DNA of 64,000 nt, taken from an uncultured delta proteobacterium (GTDB taxonomy: Bacteria > Myxococcota_A > Polyangia > Haliangiales > Haliangiaceae). Position numbers and translations under genes: made by a program. Below the pieces are notes generated by a model that was given only the letters and a program-made list of their open reading frames with translations, was not told the origin of the DNA and did not search any database. Shown here piece by piece: positions 40,411 through 50,516 of the stretch. Location: assembly GCA_963848295.1 (NCBI GenBank), contig CAWKDB010000010.1, forward strand, positions 4,224,001 to 4,288,000, in the 5' to 3' direction. Every line of letters begins with the position of its first letter. Positions within the stretch are counted from its first letter, which is position 1.

Positions 40411-42748
40411 CCACCGAGGCAGCGGACTTCGTCCGATACGTCGCGTCGATGTACGTCATCAGATCGAGGAGGTTGGTCTCCATCCGAGCGGTGCCGCCGA
40501 GCGGCGCGTCGGTGTAGAACGTGCCCTCTTCGCATCCGTCGGTGTCATCGGGCGGCAGCGGTACGCCGTTGTCACTGCCCGGGCGGCAGCGACCGTCGAC
40601 GAACACCATGATGAACTTCTGGATCCGCGTCTCGATCGGCTCGCTCGCGATCATGTGGTTCGCGACCACCGCCGACAGCGCGACCAGGTCGCTCGGCTGT
40701 TGGCCGTAACCGTGGAGCACGTAGACGACCGGATACGTCGCGTTCGCGTTGGCCGGATCGTCATAGCCCGGCGGCAGGTAGAGCGAGAACGGGCTGACTC
40801 GGCCGGTGGTCGGCGACGTGAACGTCAGATCCGGCAGCGTGTCGCCGGCGTCGTAGCTGTCGGTGAGATCGCCGTCGGGCCAGCCATGGTCGATCCACGA
40901 GAACGCGGTCTCGATGCGGTAGATCGCCTGTGCCGGCGTGCCGACGTGACGGCCATCGCCCATCATGATCGTGTCGGGCGTCGCGTCGGGATCGCCGTAG
41001 CGCAGATAGTCGTTCTTCGGGATCGAGTCCCAATCGATCGTCGTGAAGTCGTAGTTGAAGTCGTTCGCGTTCCCGACGAGCGAGCCGAAGCCGTCCCACA
41101 CGCCGAACGGCAGCGTGCCGTCCGCCATCGCGACCGCAGTCGTCCGGTTCACCGCGATCCAGTTGTTGAAGAAGTCGCGGATGCCGGCGTCGAACCACAT
41201 GCCCATGTGGTGTGCCTGGTCGGGCGTCAGGCCCTTGAGCCCTTCGTTGAAGTCGTTCGCGTACCAGCGCGCGACGTTCGGCGACAGGTCCCACTTGCCG
41301 TTGCCCTCGCCGTAGTCGTAGCAACCCGCGATCCCGAGCGGCGGCGTGTCTCCGGCCTGGCACGTCCCGGCGACGCCATCGAGGCCGACGTCTTCGAACG
41401 GCTCGCCTTGATCGTAGTTGCCGTTGCCTTCGGTGCCGAGCGGGTTGCGGATGAAGTCGTAGTCGTCGTGGTCCGGATCGGGGTTCGCGACCGGATCGTA
41501 GCCGGGCTCGTCCTTGTCGGCGAGGCCGTCCGTGCCGATGTCGGAGAATGGCTCGTACGCGTTGGTGATCACCGGCTCGCCGGAGTCGCGCACGCCGTTG
41601 CCGTTGAGGTCGACCGCGAGCAGCACCTCGGCCGGGTTCGTCTGCGGCAGGCTCGGATCGAACACCGCGAGGCCTAGGTTCGGGCCGTCACCGCCGTCGC
41701 AGAACGTGATCACCGGCTTCGAGCCGTCGGGGTTGAACTCGCGATCGTAGAAGTTGTTCAGCACGACCGGCGCCGCGCAGCGCGACGTCGGCTCGGCGAA
41801 GAACGAGAAGTCGACGCCCGGCGGCGCGTAGGCGTTGGTCGGGTTGTAGAGCGCGGGGTTGCCGAGCGCGCGCGACATGTCGCGAGCGGCTTTCATGTAG
41901 AAGCCGCGGCTCAACGTCAGGCCAACGCCATCGCCGGATTGGGTGAGCATGTGCTCGTAGTCCGACGCGACCTCGCCTTGACCGGGGTACTTCGCCGGGT
42001 TCGGGCACAGCTGGCCGACCATGCCGTTGCCTGCCGCCTCGTCGGCTGCGGTGCAGAACCCGCCGAACAGGTCATCGCGCACCATCCCGAGCGTGTAGAT
42101 CATCGACGCGCCCGGATCTCCGCCCATGTCGGCGAACGCGTCGAACTTCTCCGGGTGATGCATCGCGATCGCGACCGACGCGAAGCCACCCATCGAGATG
42201 CCGATCACCGCGTTGTACGTGAACGCCTCGGTCTGGGTCTGGCCGGCGTTCGTCGTCGCGACGAGCTGATACGTCGTGAGCTCGTTCGCCTCGAACGTCG
42301 CGCGCGACGCATACGGGTCGGTCGCGTCGAGCTGCCGGTTCGCGACCTCGGGGAAGTACGCCGGCATGCCCGGCCGCTGTGCGACGATGCGGACGTTCCT
42401 CGGTCGCGCCCCGGTCGGCAGCCGCGCGGCCTTGTACGGCAGCGTCAGCTCGAACGGGCGATCCGAGTAAGCGCCTTCGCTGCCGAAGCTGACCGCCGGG
42501 CCGAGCGTCATGAACCCATCGGGTGCGATGTCGGCCGCGCACGCGATCGACACGGCGCCGGCCGGCAGGGTCGTATCGCCGGTCGCGGCGATCGCAGCGC
42601 CGTTCAAGTCGTCGTTGCCGGAGTAGGTCACCGCGCCCCCCGAGCTCAGCGTTCCCGAGGTGCTTCCGGTGCAGACGATCGCGGTGGAATGCGAGTCGCC
42701 GCAGGCGGCGATCAGCGAGCTCAAGACGACAAGTCGGCGCCACGTCAT
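40397..42748 (-). CDS. Large lipoprotein with apparently circularly permuted esterase and acidic Ca-binding-like repeats
   Basis: IAAC lipobox; GISMGG mid-protein; LYLPPGY..YPVVYVLHGYG..YIDATYRT at the C-terminus; DLNGNG, DVGLDG. Confidence 0.8.
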   Translation of the reverse strand: MTWRRLVVLSSLIAACGDSHSTAIVCTGSTSGTLSSGGAVTYSGNDDLNGAAIAATGDTTLPAGAVSIACAADIAPDGFMTLGPAVSFGSEGAYSDRPFELTLPYKAARLPTGARPRNVRIVAQRPGMPAYFPEVANRQLDATDPYASRATFEANELTTYQLVATTNAGQTQTEAFTYNAVIGISMGGFASVAIAMHHPEKFDAFADMGGDPGASMIYTLGMVRDDLFGGFCTAADEAAGNGMVGQLCPNPAKYPGQGEVASDYEHMLTQSGDGVGLTLSRGFYMKAARDMSRALGNPALYNPTNAYAPPGVDFSFFAEPTSRCAAPVVLNNFYDREFNPDGSKPVITFCDGGDGPNLGLAVFDPSLPQTNPAEVLLAVDLNGNGVRDSGEPVITNAYEPFSDIGTDGLADKDEPGYDPVANPDPDHDDYDFIRNPLGTEGNGNYDQGEPFEDVGLDGVAGTCQAGDTPPLGIAGCYDYGEGNGKWDLSPNVARWYANDFNEGLKGLTPDQAHHMGMWFDAGIRDFFNNWIAVNRTTAVAMADGTLPFGVWDGFGSLVGNANDFNYDFTTIDWDSIPKNDYLRYGDPDATPDTIMMGDGRHVGTPAQAIYRIETAFSWIDHGWPDGDLTDSYDAGDTLPDLTFTSPTTGRVSPFSLYLPPGYDDPANANATYPVVYVLHGYGQQPSDLVALSAVVANHMIASEPIETRIQKFIMVFVDGRCRPGSDNGVPLPPDDTDGCEEGTFYTDAPLGGTARMETNLLDLMTYIDATYRTKSAASVDVVQ

Positions 42749-42865
42749 GTGTGCCCGGACCATACACATACATGGCCGAAACTCTATCGGAATTGCGCAC
42801 GGACAAAAGTTGGCCCAGGGGTGGGGCGATCCGTAGTGTCGATCACGGTGAAGCTCGTAGCCGAG

Positions 42866-43174
42866 ATGCACGTCGCCCCAGCGCTGCGGCGCTGGACCTC
42901 GCGCCTCGCGCTCGCCTTGGTCGTCGCGATCGCGATCGGCTACTTGCCCGCCGAGATGCTGCGCCGCGATCCGCAAGCGGTGAAGCTCCAGACCCAGCTC
43001 GAGCAGCTGCAAGCCCAGGGGCGCGACCTCGCCGCGACGAATACCGCGCTGCTGAGCGAGATCGCGGCGCTGCGCAGTGATGTCGGCGCGATCGAGGACC
43101 ACGCGCGCAGCGACCTCGGCATGGTCTATCCCGACGAGGTCGTGTTGCGCGTCCGCAAGGACCCGCCGCGATGA
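42866..43174 (+). CDS. ftsB: Septum formation initiator (FtsB/DivIC)
   Basis: Single TM + coiled coil + AIEDHARSDLGMVYPDE. Confidence 0.8.
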   Translation: MHVAPALRRWTSRLALALVVAIAIGYLPAEMLRRDPQAVKLQTQLEQLQAQGRDLAATNTALLSEIAALRSDVGAIEDHARSDLGMVYPDEVVLRVRKDPPR

Positions 43175-45445
43175 CGATCATCCCGGTGACCTGGCGGCGA
43201 GCGCTGCGCCGAGCCGCGAAGATGTCGATCGGCGCTGCGGCAGGAGCGCTCGCATGCGTCGCGGTCGCGGTCGGAGGTGTCGACATCGGCGACTTGCTCG
43301 CCGATGGCAGCGGCGCCGAAGGGCGGCGCGGTGTGATCGACGGTGCGGCGTTGACCGCGCCGAGCATTCCGCTACCGCAGGCGATCGGCGTCGTCGCGGT
43401 TGCCGCGCTCGTGTTGATCGCGGTGATCCGCCGATTGCAGTTCGCGCCGCCATCGGCGCGGGCGCAACGGGTGTCGTTCTGGCTCGCGGCGTCGAGTGAT
43501 CTCGCCGACCTCGAGCTCGCGCTCGCGCTCGTCGCCGGCTTGCATGTCGTCATCGCGGTGACCGGGGGCCTGGCATCGCCGGCATATCCACTGCTGTACG
43601 GGTTGGTCGCGTTCGCCGCGACCGTGCTCGCGCGGCCCGGCGCGGTCGCGACGGTGGGCGCCGCGGCGGTGCTCGAGACCGCGCTCGTCATTCGCACCGG
43701 CGCGACCCCGCATGCGATCGCGTCGGCGGGGATCCACGGCGCATTCCTCGCCGGTGCGGCGGCCGCCCATGCGGTGCTGTTGCGCGGCTTGACCGCTCGC
43801 TATCGCCGGCGGCGCGCTCGTCGGCTCGAACAAGAGCTGATCGCGCTGCGCGATTCGGCGCGCGACTATCGCTTGATCGCGGCGGCGCTCGGCCCGGGTA
43901 GCCGCGCTCCGCGCACGCGCGATGAAGAGGAGCGACTGCTCGCGATCGGCGGGGTCGGGATGATCGGCGATGCGACCGGCTGGGTGCTCGACGACGCTCA
44001 AGCGCTCGCTCGGGGCGCGCACCGTCGCGCTGCTGTGGGTCGACGACGACGGCGAGCGGATCAAGCTCAAGGACGTCGCGTCCGATGCCGACGACATCAC
44101 CGAGACCCAGCGGCTGCCGACCGCCGGCGTGCTCGGCGCGGTGCTGCGCGATCGCGAGCCGTTGCTCGTCGCGGTCACGAAGCCCGGCCAGCTGCCGTAC
44201 TACGACGGTGGCCGCGGCGGGGTCGCGCTCGTCGCGGTGCCGATCCTCGAGTCGACGCATCTGCGCGGCATCCTCGCCGCCGATCGCGATGCGCCGTTCT
44301 CCGAAGCCGATCGCGATCTGCTCGCCGATTCCGCCGGCCAGGTGCTGCGCGCGGTCCAGTCCGAGCAAGTGTTTCGCGCGGTCGAGCGTGCGAAGTACGA
44401 ATACGAGCGGTTCTATCAAGCGACCGCGATGCTCGGGCGCGCGCTCACGCCCGAGCAAGTGATGGAGACCGCGTTCGATGCCGCCGCCGCGATCGTCGAG
44501 TACGACGCCGGCGCGATCGCGCTCTACGACAAGGAGCGCTCGCGTCACAAGGTCAGCGCGGTGCGCGTGCGACCGGGCGGCGAGGGGCTCGTCGATCCGA
44601 ACCAGCTCGCCGAGCTCGAGTTCAAGGACAACGCCGGCCTCGCCGCGATGGTCGTGAAGAACCGCCACTACCTGCCGGCCGGCGGCGAGCCGCGCGAAGT
44701 ATCGGCGCCGATCTACACCCGCAAGGTCAAGATCGACGACGCGAAGTCCTTGCTCGTGTTGCCGCTGCTGTCCGCCGACGAAGCGATCGGCACGCTCACG
44801 CTCGTCGCGCGCGCCGAGAAGCGGTTCGGCAAGGACGTGCGCGAGATGCTCGCGGTGATCGCGAATCAGGTCGCGATCGCGCTCCAGAACGGCTTCCTCT
44901 ACAAGAAGATGGAGACGATGGCCACGACGGATGGCCTGACCGGACTGACGAACCACCGCACGTTCCAGCAGCGGTTCGAGGACATGCTGCAGCGCGCGCA
45001 GCGTCATAACCACAAGGTCGCGTTGCTCCTGTGCGACATCGACCACTTCAAGAACGTCAACGACAGGTATGGCCATCCGATCGGCGATGAGGTCCTGCGC
45101 CGCGTCGCGAAGGTGCTCGCCGACGTGCCGCGCAAGATCGATATCCCGGCGCGCTACGGCGGCGAAGAGTTCGCGGTGCTGCTCGACAACGTCGACGTCG
45201 CGCAGGCCAAGGCGGTCGCCGAGCGCATTCGCATCGAGATCGAGAGGCTCGTGGTCGAGACCGACAAAGGGCCGCTGTCGGTCACCGAGTCGATCGGCGT
45301 CGCTGCGTTTCCGGAGGATGGCCGCGATCGCGCCGTGTTGATCGAGCGCGCCGACCTCGCGCTCTATCACGCGAAGCACACCGGACGTAATCGCGTGGTC
45401 ACGTGGGGCGAGTGCCAGGCCGCGAAGGCGAAGAAGGCCGGCTAG
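43171..45445 (+). CDS. Membrane GAF-GAF-GGDEF diguanylate cyclase (frameshift near 43990)
   Basis: TDGLTGLTN, DIDHFKNVND, RKID I-site, RYGGEEF. Confidence 0.9.
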
Positions 45446-45579
45446 CGACAGCGGCGCTCGCAGACGCGGCGACCGTGGTCCCAGAAGCATTCGGTTCGGC
45501 ACGGGCGCGAGGTCACGAAGCAACTCGCGAGCGTGGAAGCGACCAGTGCAGCGACGACGAGTATCTTGATGTTTTTCAT
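45442..45579 (-). CDS. 45-aa Cys/Arg-rich small lipoprotein
   Basis: AGAGGA RBS; MKNIKILVVAALVASTLAS-CFVTSRPCRTECFWDHGRRVCERRCR. Confidence 0.7.
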   Translation of the reverse strand: MKNIKILVVAALVASTLASCFVTSRPCRTECFWDHGRRVCERRCR

Positions 45580-45644
45580 CGGAGTCCTCTGGGCGGCTCG
45601 AGTGCATGACTTCGCCAGCGGCGAGCCAGTTAAACGATAAAATG

Positions 45645-45666
45645 AAAAAGGCCGGCTAGGCCGGCC
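45645..45666 (-). terminator. Intrinsic terminator
   Basis: GGCCGG-CCTAG-CCGGCC-TTTTT. Confidence 0.7.
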
Positions 45667-45689
45667 AGTTTCGTGCACAAACGGCGCGA

Positions 45690-45959
45690 CTACTTGTGGT
45701 TGCTAACCCACTCCGCGGCCTTGTCGAGCTGTTCCTTCGCGGCCGCGATCGCCTCCTTCGCCTTCTGGCCGTGACCGCCTTCGTCCTTCCAGATCGGCTC
45801 GTTCGCCTGCTGCGACTTGGTGATCCACTTGTCGGCATCGTTGAGCGCGTTGCGCGCTTTCTCGAGGTTCGGGTGGCCGCGGAGCGGGCCAGCGGCGACA
45901 TAGCCGATCGGCAGAGCGACAGCGGCGGTGAGCAGGACGGTCATGATCGTAGAGCGCAT
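45690..45959 (-). CDS. Small secreted helical-hairpin protein
   Basis: AGGAG RBS; signal peptide; HPNL..GGHGQKAK. Confidence 0.75.
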   Translation of the reverse strand: MRSTIMTVLLTAAVALPIGYVAAGPLRGHPNLEKARNALNDADKWITKSQQANEPIWKDEGGHGQKAKEAIAAAKEQLDKAAEWVSNHK

Positions 45960-46008
45960 GCGTTCTCCTAAAAGTAGGTTTGGAAATCTCGATCGGAAAC
46001 TTTCTTCG

Positions 46009-46024
46009 TGCAGCGAACGTGCCG
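46009..46024 (-). promoter_or_regulatory. Sigma54 promoter
   Basis: CGGCACGTTCGCTGCA, close to TGGCACG-N4-TTGCA. Confidence 0.6.
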
Positions 46025-46143
46025 GCGGCTCGCAAGAATAGCAAGCAGTTGACGGAGCTAGAGCGAGGCGGGGTGACACGCCGGGGCAGAACGTCCCGGA
46101 GCTTCGCGCAACGCTCCCGGGGTCGTCATATGATGTCCAGACG

Positions 46144-48114
46144 GTGACCCTCGCCGAGGTTGGCTCGACCGCGAGCAACTACGAAATCCTCGCCAAGCTC
46201 GCGACTGGTGGCATGGCGGAGCTGTATCTCGCGCGCGCTGCGAACACCGCAGGCGTGACCCGCTACGTCGTGTTGAAGCGCGTGCTGCGCGAGCGCGCGA
46301 CCGACGCGAACTTCGTCCGGATGTTCCTCGACGAAGCGCGGCTCGCCTCGCAGCTGCAGCATCCGAACATCGCGCAGGTCTACGACATCGGAAAGCTCGG
46401 CGACTCGTACTTCTTCACGATGGAGTACGTGCACGGCGAGACCGTACGCGCCCTGCTGCATCGCTCGCATGCGCTGCGCAAACCGATCCCGATCGCGTGC
46501 GTGCTCACGATCGTCGCGGGCGCTGCGGCCGGGCTGCAACACGCACACGAGCGGATCGGCTTCGACGGTCGCCCGCTCGGCATCGTCCATCGCGACGTCT
46601 CACCGTCGAACTTGATGGTGAGCTACGAAGGTCACGTCAAGGTCGTCGATTTCGGCGTCGCGAAGGCCGAGCACCGCGACGTCGAGACGCGATCGGGCGC
46701 GGTCAAAGGCAAGATCGGTTACATGTCGCCCGAGCAGTGCCGCGGAGCGCCGCTCGATCGGCGCAGCGATCTGTTCTCGCTCGGCATCGTGATGTGGGAG
46801 ATGTTGACGAGCGAGCGCCGGTTCAAGCGCGGCAGCGACTTCGAGAACATGGCGGCGATCGTCAACGAGGAATCGCCGCTCGTGTCGTCGCGGCGCCACG
46901 AGGTGCCGCCCGAGCTCGATGCGATCGCGCGGCGCCTGCTCGATCGCGATCCGGCGACGCGTTACCAGACCAGCGACGAGCTCCTCGAGGATCTCGAGCG
47001 CGTCGCGGTGCAGACCGGCTCGGTGCTATCGGTCGCGAGCCTCGGTCGGTTCATCCGCGAGCTGTTCGGCCAGCGCCCCGAACCGTGGGTCGAGATGCAG
47101 AGCCGCGAGGTTCATCCCGAGGTCTACACCGTGACGAGCGAGCCGATTCCGGCCGACGTGCTGCCGGCTCCGGTCGATACGATCGATCGCGGGCTGCGCG
47201 CGGTGCCGGATCTCTCGCGCACGCCGGAGCACTCCGGCGCCTCCGATCTCGAGCCACCTCTGGCGCGCGACCTGCCGCTGCGCGCTCCGACGTTGACGCC
47301 GATGCCGACGACGCTGCCGATGATTCCGATCGCGCCGGGCGTCGCGATCGCAGCACCGAGCGCGCCGATGCCGATGGCGAGCTCGGGACCGACGCCCTCG
47401 GGTGTGGCGACGTACCCGCTGCCGCAGTCGTACCCGATCGTGACCGCGGCGATGGTCGGATCGGGTCGGATGCTCGCCACATCAGCGCCGGAGCCGCGCA
47501 GGCGAGTGCCGCGCATCGTGTGGATCCTCGGGCCCGCGGTCGCGCTCGGAGTCATCGTCGGCATCGCGATGTCGCTGCGTGGCGACGGTCGGCCCGACAA
47601 CTCGCGCGTGGCTGCGGCGACGACACCGCCGCCGGTCGTGACGTCGCCGCCCGTCGTGACTCCCGATGCAGCGGTGGTAGCCGTGGTCGTCGGCGATGCC
47701 CCGACGGTCGCAGCCGCGACGGTCGCAGCCGCGACGCCACCGATCGATGCCGCGGTCGCGCCACCGCCGATCGATGCCGCGGTCGCGCCGATCTCGGTCG
47801 ACGCCGGCGTCGCGGTCAAGACCGCGCACGTGGCGCCGCCGCCGCGGCGGTCACGCGGCGAGGAGCTGGTCAAGCAACTCCACGACGGCAGGTACGACGC
47901 GGTCGTGACGAGCTGCGCGGGCAGTGCTCAGCTCCTCGCGCAGAACGCACCGGCATGCACGCTCGCCGCTTGCCACGTTCACGATGCTGATCATGCGCAT
48001 GCGTGGCTCGCAGCGACCGGCAGCAAGCACGCCGCGATCGCGAGCGCGTGCAAAGGTCTCGGCGTCGAGCTCGAGCCCGACTGCCGCGCCGATCCGATGG
48101 CATGCCCGCACTGA
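46144..48114 (+). CDS. Membrane Ser/Thr protein kinase
   Basis: GGMAELY, HRDVSPSN, DFG, YMSPEQ; TM; Pro/Ala linker; Cys-rich tail. Confidence 0.95.
   Translation: MTLAEVGSTASNYEILAKLATGGMAELYLARAANTAGVTRYVVLKRVLRERATDANFVRMFLDEARLASQLQHPNIAQVYDIGKLGDSYFFTMEYVHGETVRALLHRSHALRKPIPIACVLTIVAGAAAGLQHAHERIGFDGRPLGIVHRDVSPSNLMVSYEGHVKVVDFGVAKAEHRDVETRSGAVKGKIGYMSPEQCRGAPLDRRSDLFSLGIVMWEMLTSERRFKRGSDFENMAAIVNEESPLVSSRRHEVPPELDAIARRLLDRDPATRYQTSDELLEDLERVAVQTGSVLSVASLGRFIRELFGQRPEPWVEMQSREVHPEVYTVTSEPIPADVLPAPVDTIDRGLRAVPDLSRTPEHSGASDLEPPLARDLPLRAPTLTPMPTTLPMIPIAPGVAIAAPSAPMPMASSGPTPSGVATYPLPQSYPIVTAAMVGSGRMLATSAPEPRRRVPRIVWILGPAVALGVIVGIAMSLRGDGRPDNSRVAAATTPPPVVTSPPVVTPDAAVVAVVVGDAPTVAAATVAAATPPIDAAVAPPPIDAAVAPISVDAGVAVKTAHVAPPPRRSRGEELVKQLHDGRYDAVVTSCAGSAQLLAQNAPACTLAACHVHDADHAHAWLAATGSKHAAIASACKGLGVELEPDCRADPMACPH
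47702..47789 (+). repeat. In-frame tandem repeats (15 bp x2, 27 bp x~2) in kinase linker
   Basis: CGACGGTCGCAGCCG x2; CCGATCGATGCCGCGGTCGCGCC x2. Confidence 0.75.
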
Positions 48115-48115
48115 G

Positions 48116-49276
48116 CTACGGCGGCCATGGCGTCAACGCCGGCGAGATCGACGCGGTGCCGACCATCGGCGACGCGCACACGATCGCGATGTAGCCCGAG
48201 CCTCCGCCACCGCCGCCGCCGCCATGGTTCGCAAGCATGCCCACGCTCGAGCCATCGACCCTGGACTTGGCGCCGCCGTCCCCACCTTCGGAGCCGCCGC
48301 CGCTACCGGTCCCACCGAGGCCGCCGAGCGCGGGCATCGTGCCGAAGTCGCCCGGAGCGCCGTCGTGTCCCGCGGTCGTCGCGCCGCCGCCACCGCCTCC
48401 GCCTCCGCCGTTCGCGCCGAGCTGACCGGTGATCGTCACGCTCGGCGCCTCGATCAGGATCATCCCGCCAGAACCACCGCCGCTGCCGCCCGCATTTTGC
48501 GGTCCGCCTGAGCCGCCGGCGCCACCGGTCTGGATTCCGCCGCTCTGGCTGTACGACACCGCGGACGCGAAATCGACGGCGCCTCCGCCGGCGCCACCGT
48601 CGGGCCCTACGTTCTGGCTGTCGCCACCGGCACCACCGGGACAACCGCCGAGCAACCCGACCGCGACAGAGCTCGTCTCGCCCGCGCCCCCCGGAATATC
48701 CCCGACGTCGCCCTTGCCGCCGTCGCCGCCGTTGCCTTGGTACGCGCCGCCGCCGCCACCGCCGCCGCCGTTGTTATCAGGGCTGCCATCGACACCGCCG
48801 AGCGGGGCGCAACTCGGGAGCAACCGCGCGCCGGATTCCACGACGACCGCGCCATCGATCTGGATCGCGTCGGTCGCGATGATCGCGACGGGCGTCGTGC
48901 CTTCGAGCGTGAAGGTCGAGCCGAGCTCGCTGTGGAACGTCGTCGCGAGCACGACCTCGATCGGCCCGGCCGGACCGGTAACCCGGACGTTCTGGGCCAC
49001 CTCGGTCGCGCCATTGATCGTCAAGAAGTGCGAGTCGCTGTCGTAGCTCGCAGCGTCGACGAGGTCGATCGCCGTCGCTTGCGAGAAGTCGAGCTGACAC
49101 GTGTCGACCTCGGTCGAGAACGACGTGCACGGCGCATCGGAGCTCGCGTCGCGCGAGAGGTTGCTGTCGCCGGTGTCCGCGTCGCGGTCGATCAACACCG
49201 GCGGGTCGAGCCCGAGCAGGTTCGAACATCCCGCGAGCGCGAGCGCGCTCAGCGTCGCGACTGCAGTCGTCGTCAT
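48116..49276 (-). CDS. Glycine-rich lipoprotein, paralog 2
   Basis: LAGC lipobox, CSNLLGLDPPVL; GGGGSGGMILIEAP..ANGGGG. Confidence 0.8.
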   Translation of the reverse strand: MTTTAVATLSALALAGCSNLLGLDPPVLIDRDADTGDSNLSRDASSDAPCTSFSTEVDTCQLDFSQATAIDLVDAASYDSDSHFLTINGATEVAQNVRVTGPAGPIEVVLATTFHSELGSTFTLEGTTPVAIIATDAIQIDGAVVVESGARLLPSCAPLGGVDGSPDNNGGGGGGGGAYQGNGGDGGKGDVGDIPGGAGETSSVAVGLLGGCPGGAGGDSQNVGPDGGAGGGAVDFASAVSYSQSGGIQTGGAGGSGGPQNAGGSGGGSGGMILIEAPSVTITGQLGANGGGGGGGGGATTAGHDGAPGDFGTMPALGGLGGTGSGGGSEGGDGGAKSRVDGSSVGMLANHGGGGGGGGSGYIAIVCASPMVGTASISPALTPWPP

Positions 49277-50430
49277 CACGATGGCGGCCACGCGATCGGA
49301 GCCGGCGAAAACGTGCCGCTCGTCGTCGGACTACCGGCGATGCCGAACAGGCCGATGCCGCCGCCGCCTCCGCCCCCTCCGCGCGGGTTCATTCCCAACA
49401 CGGAATCGCCGGCCGGGCTCGCCGAGGTGCCGCCGTCGCCGCCCGTGCCGCCACTCGCGCTCGGTCCGCCCTGCGCGGCGATCGTGCCGAATTGACCCGC
49501 CTGACCGTTCTGACCTGCGGTCGTGTTGCCACCACCACCACCGCCGCCACCGCCATTCGCCGCGACCTTGCCGGAGATCACGACGGTGGGCGCTTCGATC
49601 AGGACCATGCCGCCGGATCCACCGCCGCCGCCTCCAGCGACGGGCGCCATGCCGCCGCTGCCGCCGCCGCCTCCGGCTTGGATGTTCCCATCCTGGGTGT
49701 AGCTCATCGCGGAGACCAGATCGATCGCGCCACCGCCCGCGCCCGGCGCGGCACCGGTGATCGTGCTGTCGCCCCCCTGGCCACCGGGACAACCGCCGAG
49801 CAGCCCGGCGGGGACCGATGCCATCACACCGCCGGCGCCATACATCGCCAGGCCGTTGTCACCGGTACCGCCGTGACCGCCCGCGGCTTGGTATGCGCCT
49901 CCACCTGCACCACCGCCGCCCAGGTTGTCGCCCTCGCCCGGCCGACCGCCTTGCAGGCCACACGCGAGCGGAGCTTGCGCGCCCGCCTCGGCGTCGATCG
50001 TGCCGTCGACTTCGATCGCCCCGGTCGAGGCGACCGCGAACGGCACCGAGCCCGTCACGAGGAAGGTCGCGCCGGCCTCGAGATCAAACGCCGATGCGAT
50101 CACCACGTCGATCGGTCCGGCCGGGCCGGTGACGATCACGTGCGGAGGCACGACGCCGACGGCACCCATCACGAGCAAGTGAGTGTCGGTGTCGTAGCTG
50201 CCGGCCGTCGGCACCTCGATGTCGACCGCCATCGCGAAATCGAGCGCGCACGAGTCGAACTGGGTCGCGAACGTCGTGCAGGTGTCGGCGTCGATCGGCG
50301 GTGCGTCGCTGATCTCGTTCGCGTCGCCGCCGACGAGGACCGGCGGGTCGAGCCCGAGCAGCTTCGAGCACCCGGTCGAACCCCCGAACGCGAACGCTAC
50401 CAGCGTCGCTTCCCAGGTGACGCGTCGCAT
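49276..50430 (-). CDS. Glycine-rich lipoprotein, paralog 1
   Basis: CSKLLGLDPPVL; collinear with 48116-49276. Confidence 0.8.
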   Translation of the reverse strand: MRRVTWEATLVAFAFGGSTGCSKLLGLDPPVLVGGDANEISDAPPIDADTCTTFATQFDSCALDFAMAVDIEVPTAGSYDTDTHLLVMGAVGVVPPHVIVTGPAGPIDVVIASAFDLEAGATFLVTGSVPFAVASTGAIEVDGTIDAEAGAQAPLACGLQGGRPGEGDNLGGGGAGGGAYQAAGGHGGTGDNGLAMYGAGGVMASVPAGLLGGCPGGQGGDSTITGAAPGAGGGAIDLVSAMSYTQDGNIQAGGGGGSGGMAPVAGGGGGGSGGMVLIEAPTVVISGKVAANGGGGGGGGGNTTAGQNGQAGQFGTIAAQGGPSASGGTGGDGGTSASPAGDSVLGMNPRGGGGGGGGIGLFGIAGSPTTSGTFSPAPIAWPPS

Positions 50431-50516
50431 GATCGATCTCAGGGTACCATTGTCAGCGGAGCGGCGGGTTGTCGTCAGGCCTGGCGCGCGCGGCCCGGAT
50501 GCGTGAGGATCGTGCT

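Noticed and set aside
45603..45617. Sigma54 promoter TGGCGAAGTCATGCA upstream of the Cys-rich peptide
   Set aside because: GG-to-GC spacing is 9 rather than 10; valid only if a base is missing from the assembly
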